DNA of 34,232 nucleotides from an uncultured virus (IMG/VR IMGVR_UViG_3300020048_000069) (IMGVR_UViG_3300020048_000069); one strand, 5' to 3'. Counted from the stretch's first letter, positions 1 through 8,811 are shown. Notes: a model not told the origin generated them from the sequence alone. A program made the numbers and translations.

Positions 1-498
1 GCGCCTATTTCTGGTGCAGCACTTGTTTCAGCGACAATAAATGCTTTGACGCCGACTGCATTGGCCACAGGTTTTACCATCGCCGGAGGAACAAAATCAA
101 AAACGCTGACTGTGCCTCTTGATGCGAGTGTTAGTGGAACAAATACTGGCGATAAAAATCTTGCCAGAGTCAACCACTCCACAACTCCAGCCGACATGAC
201 CGTCGCTGACTGCTCTGGATTTAACGTATTCACGAACACCGGCGCAACCGCCGAAGTCGTTATGAATCTGCCTGCTGGTGCTGATGGTCTCAGACTACCT
301 GCGATTATCACCGCTGCCTACGATTTCACTTTTGTAGCAGACGGAACTGAGACAATCCGGTATCTTAGTACTGTGAGTAAAGCTGGTGGGAGCATTAAAT
401 CAGCCAGTATTGGAGACGAGTTGCAGTTGGATTGGAATGGTACTCAATGGGTGGCGAGTGTTCTGGGACTTTCGACATGGTGGCTGGAAACATCGTAA
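1..498 (+). CDS. Tail fibre/structural protein, C-terminal part (5'-truncated)
   Basis: Frame is open from base 1; Thr/Ala/Gly-rich beta-type sequence (TNTGATAEVVMNLPAG..TFVADGTETI); lies upstream of Gly-rich fibre and lysis genes. Confidence 0.6.
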   Translation, partial: APISGAALVSATINALTPTALATGFTIAGGTKSKTLTVPLDASVSGTNTGDKNLARVNHSTTPADMTVADCSGFNVFTNTGATAEVVMNLPAGADGLRLPAIITAAYDFTFVADGTETIRYLSTVSKAGGSIKSASIGDELQLDWNGTQWVASVLGLSTWWLETS

Positions 499-511
499 AA
501 AGGAGATATTC

Positions 512-805
512 ATGGCTTTTAGTCGAATAGGACAATCAAACAAAGAATTGTTTTGCATGGTGATCTCCGAGAACATAAACGCTGCTTCAGTTGAATGGGT
601 TGTTGTGCAATCAGGGATTGAGGGAGTGACTGGAGCAGTGTTTAATGAGGCTTTTAATCTTGCGCTCTCATTACTGGATACACTATCTACCATAGCACTC
701 GTTTATGCAAACACAACAGCAAGAGCGGCGATTTACGCTAACACGGCGGCAAGAGCGGCAGTGGTTGCTTCAACGACGGCAACCGACTTGGGTGCGTGGG
801 GATAA
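512..805 (+). CDS. Small tail-associated protein, paralog of the N-terminus of 819..1889
   Basis: AAGGAG before ATG 512; MAFSRIGQSNKELF.. aligns with MAFTALGTSKKLLY..; internal 30-bp repeat (YANTTARAA/YANTAARAA). Confidence 0.7.
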   Translation: MAFSRIGQSNKELFCMVISENINAASVEWVVVQSGIEGVTGAVFNEAFNLALSLLDTLSTIALVYANTTARAAIYANTAARAAVVASTTATDLGAWG

Positions 806-818
806 AAGGAGATATAAA

Positions 819-1889
819 ATGGCGTTTACTGCTTTAGGAACATCGAAGAAATTACTTTATGCTGCTACATTGGCGAGGTCGATAAACAGTCAGTCGATTG
901 ATTGGGCTTTTCTTGCTGCGGATAGAGATAAAATACTTGGGATAGTGGTTAATAATGCTTTTGGGTTGAATTGCTCGGCGATGGAATCGTTGCAGACTAT
1001 GGCTGCGGTAATTGCTAATGAGACGGCGAAAGCTGCTATATTATTATCAGTAGGAGCTGCGGCCGCGTGTATAGCAACAAGTATGGCTATAAATGCAGTA
1101 ACATGGGCAACAGGCGGAAATACTATCACATACTCTGGTGGTAAAAGAATTCACACGTTTACTGGTTCTGGAACGTTGGTTGTGCCTTATGGTATAAGTG
1201 TGGCGTATTTGGTGGCAGCGGGAGGAGGAGGCGGTGGTAGTGATTACGCAGCAGGTGGCGGAGGAGGCGGTGTAATTACAGGAACGGTATTTTTGAGTAT
1301 TAATAGTTATGCGATAGTTGTTGGTGATGGTGGTGAAGTAGTGTCAGAAGGCCGTGGGAATAATGGTTATAACTCGTCTTTCAATGGTAATACTGCAACT
1401 GGAGGAGGCGGAGGCGGTTCGTCTAAAGACCCTTCAGCTACCTACGGAATAGGAAAGAATGGGGGATGCGGTGGAGGAGGAGTTGGCGACTATACTGGAC
1501 GGGCTGGTGGAATTGGTTCTCAGGGATATAATGGAGGTACTGGAGCGTCTGGTTCAGCCTACGGATGCGCTGGTGGTGGGGGCATGGGAGGCGTGGGAGC
1601 AAATGGGACTACAACAGTAGGAGGTAATGGAGGGATAGGAATCGCTTCGTCTATTTCTGGTACCTCGACATATTATGGAGGTGGTGGGGGCGGCGGGATG
1701 AGAACAACTGCTACACGTGCATCTGGCGGTAATGGTGGAGGAGGACTTGGAGGCAATTCTGAACTACCTTCAACTGTGGGAGCGCCGAATACTGGCGGTG
1801 GAGGCGGTGGTGCAGCAACTAGTGTTGTAGATGGATCAGCAGGTGGCTCCGGCATAGTAATAATCTCATATCCTTCAGCGCCATTTTAA
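819..1889 (+). CDS. Glycine-rich domain tail fibre/receptor-binding-type protein
   Basis: AAGGAG before ATG 819; IHTFTGSGT..YLVAAGGGGGG..GGSGIVIISYP is the typical phage Gly-rich module. Confidence 0.75.
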   Translation: MAFTALGTSKKLLYAATLARSINSQSIDWAFLAADRDKILGIVVNNAFGLNCSAMESLQTMAAVIANETAKAAILLSVGAAAACIATSMAINAVTWATGGNTITYSGGKRIHTFTGSGTLVVPYGISVAYLVAAGGGGGGSDYAAGGGGGGVITGTVFLSINSYAIVVGDGGEVVSEGRGNNGYNSSFNGNTATGGGGGGSSKDPSATYGIGKNGGCGGGGVGDYTGRAGGIGSQGYNGGTGASGSAYGCAGGGGMGGVGANGTTTVGGNGGIGIASSISGTSTYYGGGGGGGMRTTATRASGGNGGGGLGGNSELPSTVGAPNTGGGGGGAATSVVDGSAGGSGIVIISYPSAPF

Positions 1890-1905
1890 ATAAAGGAATT
1901 AAAAA

Positions 1906-2322
1906 ATGACACTACAAGATCAAATCGAGCAGGGACTATCATCTGTTAAATCAGAGTTGCAGGAATCAATCAATGTTCTATCAATCCAACAACAATCTCT
2001 ATCAGATAGACTGTATACGATTGAAACCAGAGACACTGGGCCAACGATTCTCACAAAGTTACAATTTGAAAACCGATTTACTTTTGAGGAACTGGTTGCA
2101 ATCGAAACAGCAGCGGAGACAAACCCTGGGATCAGAGTGCTGCAAGCAAAGCAGGCAAAAGCTGATTTTATTGATTTATTGGATGAAAAAACGATTCTTG
2201 GAGTTATGTTTTTGCAATCTATTGGGCTTCTAACTCAGGAAAGAATGACGGAAATTCTGGCGACTGGGATTGAACCTGTGCCGGAACCGGAGCCAGAACC
2301 GGAACCGGAACCAGTGCCATAA
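1906..2322 (+). CDS. Putative tail fibre-associated (assembly/chaperone-like) protein with C-terminal EP repeat
   Basis: LTKLQFENRFTFEE..IDL..GLLTQER..IL pattern seen in genes after fibres; (EP)n tail. Confidence 0.5.
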   Translation: MTLQDQIEQGLSSVKSELQESINVLSIQQQSLSDRLYTIETRDTGPTILTKLQFENRFTFEELVAIETAAETNPGIRVLQAKQAKADFIDLLDEKTILGVMFLQSIGLLTQERMTEILATGIEPVPEPEPEPEPEPVP

Positions 2323-2546
2323 TGCAAGACAATAGATGTACATATTTTTTTAATGGAAACTGGCTTGAGTGCTGCCAGGCGCATGATTACTCTGTTGCTG
2401 ATGCTGAGTGTCAAAAGTCTTCTTCCATGCGTCTGAAAGCCGATCAAGAACTCAGGAGATGTGTATCTGTAAAGGGGCATCCTTTTGTAGCGCGGATTAT
2501 GTATTGTGGAGTTAGAATGTGGGCAATTGTTCAGGGAGGATACTGA
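2322..2546 (+). CDS. Small PLA2-like/DUF1353-like protein
   Basis: CCQAHDY..KADQELRRC..MYCGVR motif; coupled to neighbours by TAATG and TGATG. Confidence 0.55.
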   Translation: MQDNRCTYFFNGNWLECCQAHDYSVADAECQKSSSMRLKADQELRRCVSVKGHPFVARIMYCGVRMWAIVQGGY

Positions 2547-3016
2547 TGGAAGTCAAACTTGGCGCTCCAGTACCATGTTCAAAATGCGGGCATTATAACC
2601 CTCCTGGGAAAGATTGCAATTGGTGCAATGGAACTTATAAATTCAAAATAAAAGGCGAAACGATGAAACTGTCGAAACTTAGAGAAATACTCGGAATACA
2701 AAACCCTTTCATTTTTGAGGGTGAGTGCATGGACTGTAGATCAACGGTAGTCGTTACTGCAACTCAAGACGGTGAAGATACGATTATCGTTGGTGGTGCA
2801 GTGTTTCAGCCACCGGCAGACTGGCATTCGCCGACTGAGTATCTGATGAAGTGTGACGGCTGCTATGAAAAGAATCCAGTGTTTAATCCTCGAACAGAAA
2901 TCTACAGTAGAGTGGTTGGCTATTACAGGCCAGTAAATAACTATAATCCCGGCAAAAAAGCTGAGTGGAAATCTCGGAAGACATTTGCAGTTGAATCAAT
3001 GAACGTGCATCCCTAA
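2546..3016 (+). CDS. Zn-binding protein with C-terminal NrdD-type glycyl-radical motif (alternative start 2663)
   Basis: TEIYSRVVGYYRPVNNYNPGKKAEWKSR matches the class III RNR C-terminus; four CxxC pairs. Confidence 0.7.
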   Translation: MEVKLGAPVPCSKCGHYNPPGKDCNWCNGTYKFKIKGETMKLSKLREILGIQNPFIFEGECMDCRSTVVVTATQDGEDTIIVGGAVFQPPADWHSPTEYLMKCDGCYEKNPVFNPRTEIYSRVVGYYRPVNNYNPGKKAEWKSRKTFAVESMNVHP

Positions 3017-3027
3017 GGAAAAACCTA

Positions 3028-3591
3028 ATGAACATCTTCGACCACATTGACATCCTGATTCCACTAATCACATTTTCCTTTGCGTTTGGCGGAGCAGCTT
3101 TTGTATTCAAAAATAATATCCGAGTCCTTGACGAACTCAGGAGGGTCATTGAAAAACTTGAAGCAAAAGTCGAAAGCATGGAGTCTTACTATATCAGAGA
3201 CATGAAACATGTTGTGACAAAATCAATGTGTGAAGAAGAGACAAGTCGGTGCATTAAAAACAGAGATAAGGTAAGGGATTCTTTAGAAAAGAAAATTGAT
3301 TCACTCCAAGCATCGCTTAATACTCAGGACGATAAACGACATGAAGCTAACAACAAAACGCACGCTTGTTGGTTGGAAATTCACGAAAAACTCGCTACGA
3401 TCATGGCTAACCAAGAATCAAATAAAGCCATGTTCAGTATTCATGATCTTGTTTTGAGAGAACGTTCGGATCATGCTGACAGGATTAATGAGTTGGAAAA
3501 AGCCTTGAAATTACGAGCAAACAGCGCAATAATTTCAATGCCATTTGGCCGTAGAGCAACAGATCAAAAGGAAAAAAACGATGAAGCATAA
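3028..3591 (+). CDS. Single-TM coiled-coil membrane protein (holin/antiholin-like by position)
   Basis: N-terminal hydrophobic helix, then coiled coil; overlaps the endolysin start. Confidence 0.5.
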   Translation: MNIFDHIDILIPLITFSFAFGGAAFVFKNNIRVLDELRRVIEKLEAKVESMESYYIRDMKHVVTKSMCEEETSRCIKNRDKVRDSLEKKIDSLQASLNTQDDKRHEANNKTHACWLEIHEKLATIMANQESNKAMFSIHDLVLRERSDHADRINELEKALKLRANSAIISMPFGRRATDQKEKNDEA

Positions 3592-4018
3592 TTTCGAGCG
3601 CTCTTTAAGAGCAGTGCTGGAACTGGAAGGGAAACTTTCTACTGATCAACATGATTCAGGGAATGCGAATGGTGGGTTTACTGTGTGGGGATTGTCGTCA
3701 AGATACAATCCTGAAGTCACCAGAGATATGAGTATTGAAGCTGCTGCAATTATCTACAAGACAAAGTATTGGGGCAAAACTTGTGATGATCTTCCTTTCC
3801 CGCTTGATTTAATAGTATTTGACATGGCTGTAAATCCGATTAAAGGCGGACTTAAAACCATTGTGGGTGATGACTTTAGAGCATGGCTTGATCAGTTTAC
3901 CTGGCAGGATTTATTGTTGCAAAGAATGCAGAAATATCAGAAATACTCCGATGAACGGTATAAACACGGGCATTTAAATAGATGCTTAAAACTATACCAG
4001 ATGATATTGGACTGGTGA
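3581..4018 (+). CDS. Endolysin, glycoside hydrolase family 108
   Basis: LEG..D..D.G..GG.T.WGL, IYKTKYW, LP..LDL.VFDMAVN, GHLNR motifs. Confidence 0.85.
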   Translation: MKHNFERSLRAVLELEGKLSTDQHDSGNANGGFTVWGLSSRYNPEVTRDMSIEAAAIIYKTKYWGKTCDDLPFPLDLIVFDMAVNPIKGGLKTIVGDDFRAWLDQFTWQDLLLQRMQKYQKYSDERYKHGHLNRCLKLYQMILDW

Positions 4019-4019
4019 T

Positions 4020-4238
4020 ATGATACTGAATCCAATTAAAACGAATGATACTTGCGTGGAATATTTTGAGGATGATTCGACCTGTCCTGTCGAGTTGTCG
4101 TATCCCATAGGATACTATACAACGAGTTACCCGTCGATTGAAACATGCGAGCAACCTGCCAAACACATATACAATTCTACAAATCGAACTGAGGGATTCG
4201 TTAAATTGCGACTATCTCCCAGGGAAATGAAGGATTAG
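4020..4238 (+). CDS. Hypothetical protein
   Basis: ORF tightly packed in the late operon. Confidence 0.45.
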   Translation: MILNPIKTNDTCVEYFEDDSTCPVELSYPIGYYTTSYPSIETCEQPAKHIYNSTNRTEGFVKLRLSPREMKD

Positions 4239-4468
4239 TGATGAAAGATATATCTTGGTTTGAAAAATGGATACTATTAAAAGTTATTAAAAAAGTAGTA
4301 CGTCAAGGATCAAAAAAAGATTTATGTAAATTTTACAAACTGGTTCATGACCAAGCAGAAAAAGAGTTCTCTGAAGATACGATTGAAACGATGGATCAGT
4401 ATTTAAGATATTGTTTTGAGAAAAGTTGCGGCTTAGAAGTTTATCAAGAAAAAAAGAGAAAAAAATAG
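4238..4468 (+). CDS. Hypothetical protein
   Basis: ORF coupled to the previous stop. Confidence 0.5.
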   Translation: MMKDISWFEKWILLKVIKKVVRQGSKKDLCKFYKLVHDQAEKEFSEDTIETMDQYLRYCFEKSCGLEVYQEKKRKK

Positions 4469-4478
4469 GACACCACTA

Positions 4479-4664
4479 ATGGACGCATGGCTTTTAAAAA
4501 TAGTTGGTGAAAATTGGATGAGCATTTATTTAATCCTTACTTTGCTCAAAGGAATTGCTATTATCACACCATCCGCCACAGACGACCGTATCATTTCTTT
4601 GTTCTCAAGTGTTTATAGTTCGCTCCGAACAGGCAAAGTACCAGAATCACTGGAAGACAAATGA
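4479..4664 (+). CDS. Small holin-like membrane protein
   Basis: Hydrophobic helix followed by TPSATDD; AGGA SD; lysis context. Confidence 0.5.
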   Translation: MDAWLLKIVGENWMSIYLILTLLKGIAIITPSATDDRIISLFSSVYSSLRTGKVPESLEDK

Positions 4665-4753
4665 CAGACAAAGACATATTGATTATCGCTTATTTCCTGT
4701 TGGGTGTTATCGTCGGCTTCTTTGCAGGTGGTTGTTTCAGGCATAAATTATGA
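4661..4753 (+). CDS. 30-aa single-TM peptide (not in ORF track)
   Basis: ATGA overlaps at both ends; MTDKDILIIAYFLLGVIVGFFAGGCFRHKL. Confidence 0.45.
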   Translation: MTDKDILIIAYFLLGVIVGFFAGGCFRHKL

Positions 4754-4870
4754 AGAAAGATGAGCCTCCACTAGAATATCTCTTAGACTTTGCAAACGCC
4801 TATCGAATCTATCGGGATATTGACATAGCGCGGGATATTGCACGAATCAGGAAACCAAAGGAGCAAAACG

Positions 4871-5128
4871 ATGCCGATGAACCGAGACGAACCACCGGAA
4901 ACCGATCAATCTTTTGAACTAAGTTTCTCAGGACTTTTGCAGAGATATTCTGATTGGAAATTAAAATGTAGTTTGGCAAAAATTAAGAAATACAAAAATA
5001 CTTTAATGGAAACATTCTGTAATGGATGCTTTAACGGCCCGATAGAGAATTGTAAATACCGTGAGGAACGTCAAACGTCAGGATGTAAGTTTTGGCAGGA
5101 TAAAATATGTGATTATAGACAAGGATAA
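4871..5128 (+). CDS. Hypothetical Cys-rich protein
   Basis: AAGGAG before ATG 4871; CxxC..C..C pattern. Confidence 0.45.
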   Translation: MPMNRDEPPETDQSFELSFSGLLQRYSDWKLKCSLAKIKKYKNTLMETFCNGCFNGPIENCKYREERQTSGCKFWQDKICDYRQG

Positions 5129-5139
5129 GGAGATTGAAA

Positions 5140-5379
5140 ATGAATTGTGAAAGCGTTTTAACGATACTGATGAGCGTTTCGTCCCTCATTAAGATTATCA
5201 AAGAATTAATGATAATTGTTCAGGCAGAGTTTCCTTCTGGAAGTGGTGCGGAAAAAAAGGTGGCCGTACTGGACGGTTTATCTGCCATTGTCGGGAATGA
5301 TACAGTTTGGACTAAAATCCAAAGCTTTGTTGCGATTACGATAGATTTTCTATGTGTGTTCAAGCCAAAAAAAGAATAA
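5140..5379 (+). CDS. Holin-like protein
   Basis: AAGGAG SD; hydrophobic N-terminus, GSGAEKKVAV motif recalling LL-H-type holins; last gene of the late operon. Confidence 0.5.
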   Translation: MNCESVLTILMSVSSLIKIIKELMIIVQAEFPSGSGAEKKVAVLDGLSAIVGNDTVWTKIQSFVAITIDFLCVFKPKKE

Positions 5380-5607
5380 GTATAATTTTGATGCTGTCCA
5401 TAGTATTCGTTTTCGTTTTAAATGCCGTGGCGAGCGTTACAGGCGGTTGTGCCTGTGAATCCGCATTGTAATTGAATCAGAGGACTGGACCATTTTCTAA
5501 GGGATATTGTTTGTGATCAGACCTGACAACTCACTGTTTATAAAAGGTTTTATGGCTTTAGTATTGATAAAATTGCTGAGACGGTCAGAACCAACTTATC
5601 TGAATGC

Positions 5608-5654
5608 AAAAAGGCAGAACAAACGTTAATCCCGTTTGTCCTGCCTTTTTTTTT
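5608..5654. terminator. Bidirectional intrinsic terminator
   Basis: AAAAAGGCAGAACAAACG-loop-CGTTTGTCCTGCCTTTTTTTTT between convergent late operon and int. Confidence 0.8.
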
Positions 5655-5764
5655 AAGCAGGGGCCACCGAAGCAGCCCCGCGCCCTGGGTCGAAACCACA
5701 GGGGGTATATTTGTTCTGCTGTATTAAAGACTGACAACTCAGTAAGTTGCCAATGAAAAATCAA

Positions 5765-5794
5765 AAGGGGTTATGACTTTCATCGTAACCCCTT
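5765..5794 (-). terminator. Hairpin downstream of the tRNA fragment (likely replacement tRNA terminator)
   Basis: AAGGGGTTATGA-CTTTCA-TCGTAACCCCTT inverted repeat just past the CCA end on the minus strand. Confidence 0.6.
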
Positions 5795-5802
5795 GATTTA
5801 AT

Positions 5803-5849
5803 TGGTAGGCACGATTGGGTTTGAACCAACGACCCCTACCGTGTCAGGG
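5803..5849 (-). other. attP core: 3' half of tRNA-Val(GAC)
   Basis: Minus strand reads CC-CTGACAC-GGTAG-GGGTC-GTTGGTTCAAACCCAAT-CGTGCCT-ACCA (anticodon loop, T arm, acceptor strand, CCA); 5' half absent. Confidence 0.9.
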
Positions 5850-5913
5850 GATATTGTCCATTTTTTGTTGTTTGTTTTCAATATGTTGCCAGTAATTATT
5901 TTTAAGTAAGTTG

Positions 5914-6978
5914 TTATGAGTTGCCATGAGTTGTTACTGGTTTTTGTACTGTATCCTGTGACGGCATGTTCCCGATAAGTGATACCCTGGCAGCACCAGA
6001 TACATGCTGATAATGTTTCCTCAGCGTTTCAGGAGAACTTCCGACAATCTCGGATAGTGTTTTGTAATCTGCACCAGATTCAATCGCCGTCGTCACAAAG
6101 AAATGCCTCAGATCGTACATCCTCAGCCGGCGAGTTATCCCGGCCTTCTTCTTTGCAATCCTCCACGCTGTAACCAGCCTTAATATTTGCCGACCATTTT
6201 GGTGAATGATGTATCCCGACGGAACCCCGTCTTTTAATTTCCATGCTTCCAGTTCAGATAAAAATTCTGGATGAATCGGAACTTCCCGGCGTTTTGGACC
6301 GCCTTTATCCGCAGATGTAATCTGAATGGTTCGTGTCTCAAATAATACATGATCCCACCGGAGCGAAAAAAGTTCGACTGCCCCAGGTCTTAATCCGGTG
6401 TACCATGCGATTTTGATTGCACGGAATAATCTCTCGTTTGCATGTTTCAGTATTGCATCTGTTTCAGCCAATGTCGGTGGCTGGATAACTGCATCATTCG
6501 ATGGTGGCAACTGGTAATCACGGATATTATTTAATGGTATCATCGGCGGGCGGCGCTTGACTGCCCAACTCATCACGGATTTAATATCCGTCAACTCACG
6601 GCGGATCGTGTTCATTCGGACTGTTTTGTGTCGCTCTCTGATGTACCTGTCAAGATCGTCATACGATAAAGCCATTGCTTTGACTTGCCCTAAAACAGGG
6701 ATGATGATCGAGTAAAATCGTATCTTGCATAGCTTTTCAGAATTGGGATTGAAATTATGGTGGAGGATATAATCACCGACTAAATCATGGAAGAAAGGAC
6801 TTTCGTCATTATCTGCTCTTGGTTTTGTCTTCTTGAAATCCAGTCCATTATCCCTCTCCCTCGCCTTTGATTCTGCGATTGCTCCCCTACCGAAATATTC
6901 CCACCTGAATTTACTCTTTTTCTCAGGATCATAAATCTTGACGATCCACCGGCCATCTTTGAGTTGGTGAACACTCAT
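5914..6978 (-). CDS. int: Tyrosine recombinase (phage integrase)
   Basis: N-terminal arm-binding-like domain; YTGLRPG..EL, YDLRH, HY motifs; adjacent att site. Confidence 0.93.
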   Translation of the reverse strand: MSVHQLKDGRWIVKIYDPEKKSKFRWEYFGRGAIAESKARERDNGLDFKKTKPRADNDESPFFHDLVGDYILHHNFNPNSEKLCKIRFYSIIIPVLGQVKAMALSYDDLDRYIRERHKTVRMNTIRRELTDIKSVMSWAVKRRPPMIPLNNIRDYQLPPSNDAVIQPPTLAETDAILKHANERLFRAIKIAWYTGLRPGAVELFSLRWDHVLFETRTIQITSADKGGPKRREVPIHPEFLSELEAWKLKDGVPSGYIIHQNGRQILRLVTAWRIAKKKAGITRRLRMYDLRHFFVTTAIESGADYKTLSEIVGSSPETLRKHYQHVSGAARVSLIGNMPSQDTVQKPVTTHGNS

Positions 6979-7001
6979 GATGTTTAATCCTATCAGCTAA
7001 A

Positions 7002-7208
7002 TTAAACATGATCAACCACTTTATCACGTTTTGCGATCCGTTTTTCCAATTCTTCCAACAGTTCTTTAGGTGTTTTCGCTTTCAGTTTCTTTTTTGGCGG
7101 AGGCGGGAACATTGCTTTAATCAGCGCTTCCAATTGCTGATTATTGTCATTCGTCCTGACAATAAGCGCTTGCGCCTGCCTCAACATACCGATCATTTCA
7201 GGTGTCAT
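7002..7208 (-). CDS. Small basic hypothetical protein (excisionase position, fold not recognised)
   Basis: ORF directly upstream of int. Confidence 0.45.
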   Translation of the reverse strand: MTPEMIGMLRQAQALIVRTNDNNQQLEALIKAMFPPPPKKKLKAKTPKELLEELEKRIAKRDKVVDHV

Positions 7209-7239
7209 GTGAAAGCTCCATTTATGATTCCAACTGCGA

Positions 7240-7902
7240 TTATTTGTCGTTGAATTTACTCAGCATATAAAGAATTTGCATTTGTGATGTCCTGAATTCA
7301 CATTTTGCGGCGTCTAAAACCGATTTCAACAATTCTGGATGATACGAAAAATCTAACGTTACCGAATGATCATTATTACAGATGAAATCTTTTGTGAGCG
7401 GAAAGTCGTCACTTCCAGAAACTGGATTTATTGAAACACCAGGTGGCAACCCAACCGGTAATCTCGGTGGCTCAGCTTTAATCTTTACCGTTGATATTTT
7501 CGCTTCGGATTTCTTTGATTCTGCTGTTATTCTTTTCCTCACTGCCTGACATTTTTTACACGTCCGTTCCCTGCCCCCAATGCAATCAATATTTTTATAA
7601 AAATCTTCCATTGGTAATACCTCTTTGCATATACGACATACTCTTGTCGTTTCATTCTCATTAACTGTGATCGTTTCAATCTCTTCTGTAAACATTTTGA
7701 CTCCTTTTTTAATTTGACTGCAATTGCCACAGGTATCAGAATACTGCGCTCGGTACTGATTTATACCGTTGTATTTTGCCAGTTCTTGGCGACGTTCGCA
7801 GGCAGAACGTAGCATTTTGCAATGGTATATTCCACAGAACCAGTCATAATGTATGGCTGGCAATGCTGCTTTATGCAAATCTTGTATCATTTTTAACTCC
7901 AT
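7240..7902 (-). CDS. Hypothetical Zn-finger protein
   Basis: CRICKE..F..CKKC motif; start uncertain (7902 or 7914). Confidence 0.55.
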   Translation of the reverse strand: MELKMIQDLHKAALPAIHYDWFCGIYHCKMLRSACERRQELAKYNGINQYRAQYSDTCGNCSQIKKGVKMFTEEIETITVNENETTRVCRICKEVLPMEDFYKNIDCIGGRERTCKKCQAVRKRITAESKKSEAKISTVKIKAEPPRLPVGLPPGVSINPVSGSDDFPLTKDFICNNDHSVTLDFSYHPELLKSVLDAAKCEFRTSQMQILYMLSKFNDK

Positions 7903-8348
7903 ATTTGGTTCCATATATTGGCGGCCTTCATCCCCTCAATAGCGCATTCAGGATATTCCCCCAAATCTGAAAACCGTTCATAAATATCGACTTCTGTTGC
8001 AATTAATCTCTCTATTGCTCTAACCTTCCGGTTATCGGCATTGTGCGCTATAAGTTCACTCCTTACACATTCGAGTTGTTCGGTAGAAAAAATTAAATAG
8101 TTGTGGATGTGTAGATTTTTATGATCCCAACCCATTTCATCACAGAATAGAGTTATTTTTTTCTGGACAAGAGCAATTTCCTTTTGATTCAAATCCCCAG
8201 GGAATGCAGCAAGCGCGGCCATCGCAGCAGCGTTCATGTTTGCATATAACCCTGCTGCAATAACGTCATCTGTTGAGGCGTCTATAGCTTTTTCTGCTAT
8301 CGCTGAGGCTATTGCAATTCGGGATATCACGGTTATCAATGAGCGCAT
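7893..8348 (-). CDS. Hypothetical protein
   Basis: AGGAG SD; helical sequence. Confidence 0.6.
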   Translation of the reverse strand: MRSLITVISRIAIASAIAEKAIDASTDDVIAAGLYANMNAAAMAALAAFPGDLNQKEIALVQKKITLFCDEMGWDHKNLHIHNYLIFSTEQLECVRSELIAHNADNRKVRAIERLIATEVDIYERFSDLGEYPECAIEGMKAANIWNQIWS

Positions 8349-8357
8349 CAGTTTCTC

Positions 8358-8798
8358 CTAAATATTATATACTTCATTGCTACCCCAGATTGCGCTTTGG
8401 AGGTTATAACTGGTTTGTTTGCAGGCATCACACTGCATTCGGGGTATTCCGCGTCCTATCCATGCTGGCATAAATATTTTTTTGTATATCTTCTCGCAGC
8501 GTGGGCATTTCGTATTTCTGATTTCCTTAGTCGCTACTTTGCCAAGTCGAAACGAAGCTTCTAATTTTTCATCTTGTTTCTGTTTACGATCATTTAGGCA
8601 TTTTTCAGCATTACAAGATTTGGATAAATAATGAGTTGGCGTGAATTGTTCACCGCAGTGGATACATGACTTTGTTGCATGAACCGCAAGAGGATTATTC
8701 CTGTGATTTCTGTGTGTGTTGGCACATCTATCTGAACAGTATTTTTCTCTGCGACTCTTTACCGGTATTTCTTTTTCACAAAAAAGGCATTTCTTCAT
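8358..8798 (-). CDS. Multi-Zn-finger protein
   Basis: CLFC..YCSDRC, CIHC..C..C, CPRC..CDAC; likely start MKKCLFC at 8798. Confidence 0.65.
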   Translation of the reverse strand: MKKCLFCEKEIPVKSRREKYCSDRCANTHRNHRNNPLAVHATKSCIHCGEQFTPTHYLSKSCNAEKCLNDRKQKQDEKLEASFRLGKVATKEIRNTKCPRCEKIYKKIFMPAWIGRGIPRMQCDACKQTSYNLQSAIWGSNEVYNI

Positions 8799-8811
8799 TT
8801 TCAATTCCTTT

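Larger units (their letters stand above)
5524..5936. repeat. Integrase arm-type binding sites, consensus TRAGTTGYYA
   Basis: TGACAACTCA at 5524 and 5732 (reverse orientation), TAAGTTGCCA at 5743, tandem triplet at 5907/5917/5927, flanking the att core. Confidence 0.7.

Noticed and set aside
2271..2319. GAACCG-type hexamer repeat as a regulatory or contingency locus
   Set aside because: In-frame and synonymously varied; it simply encodes the (EP)n tail.
5803..5849. Functional tRNA gene
   Set aside because: Only the 3' half is present; D arm and 5' acceptor strand are missing.
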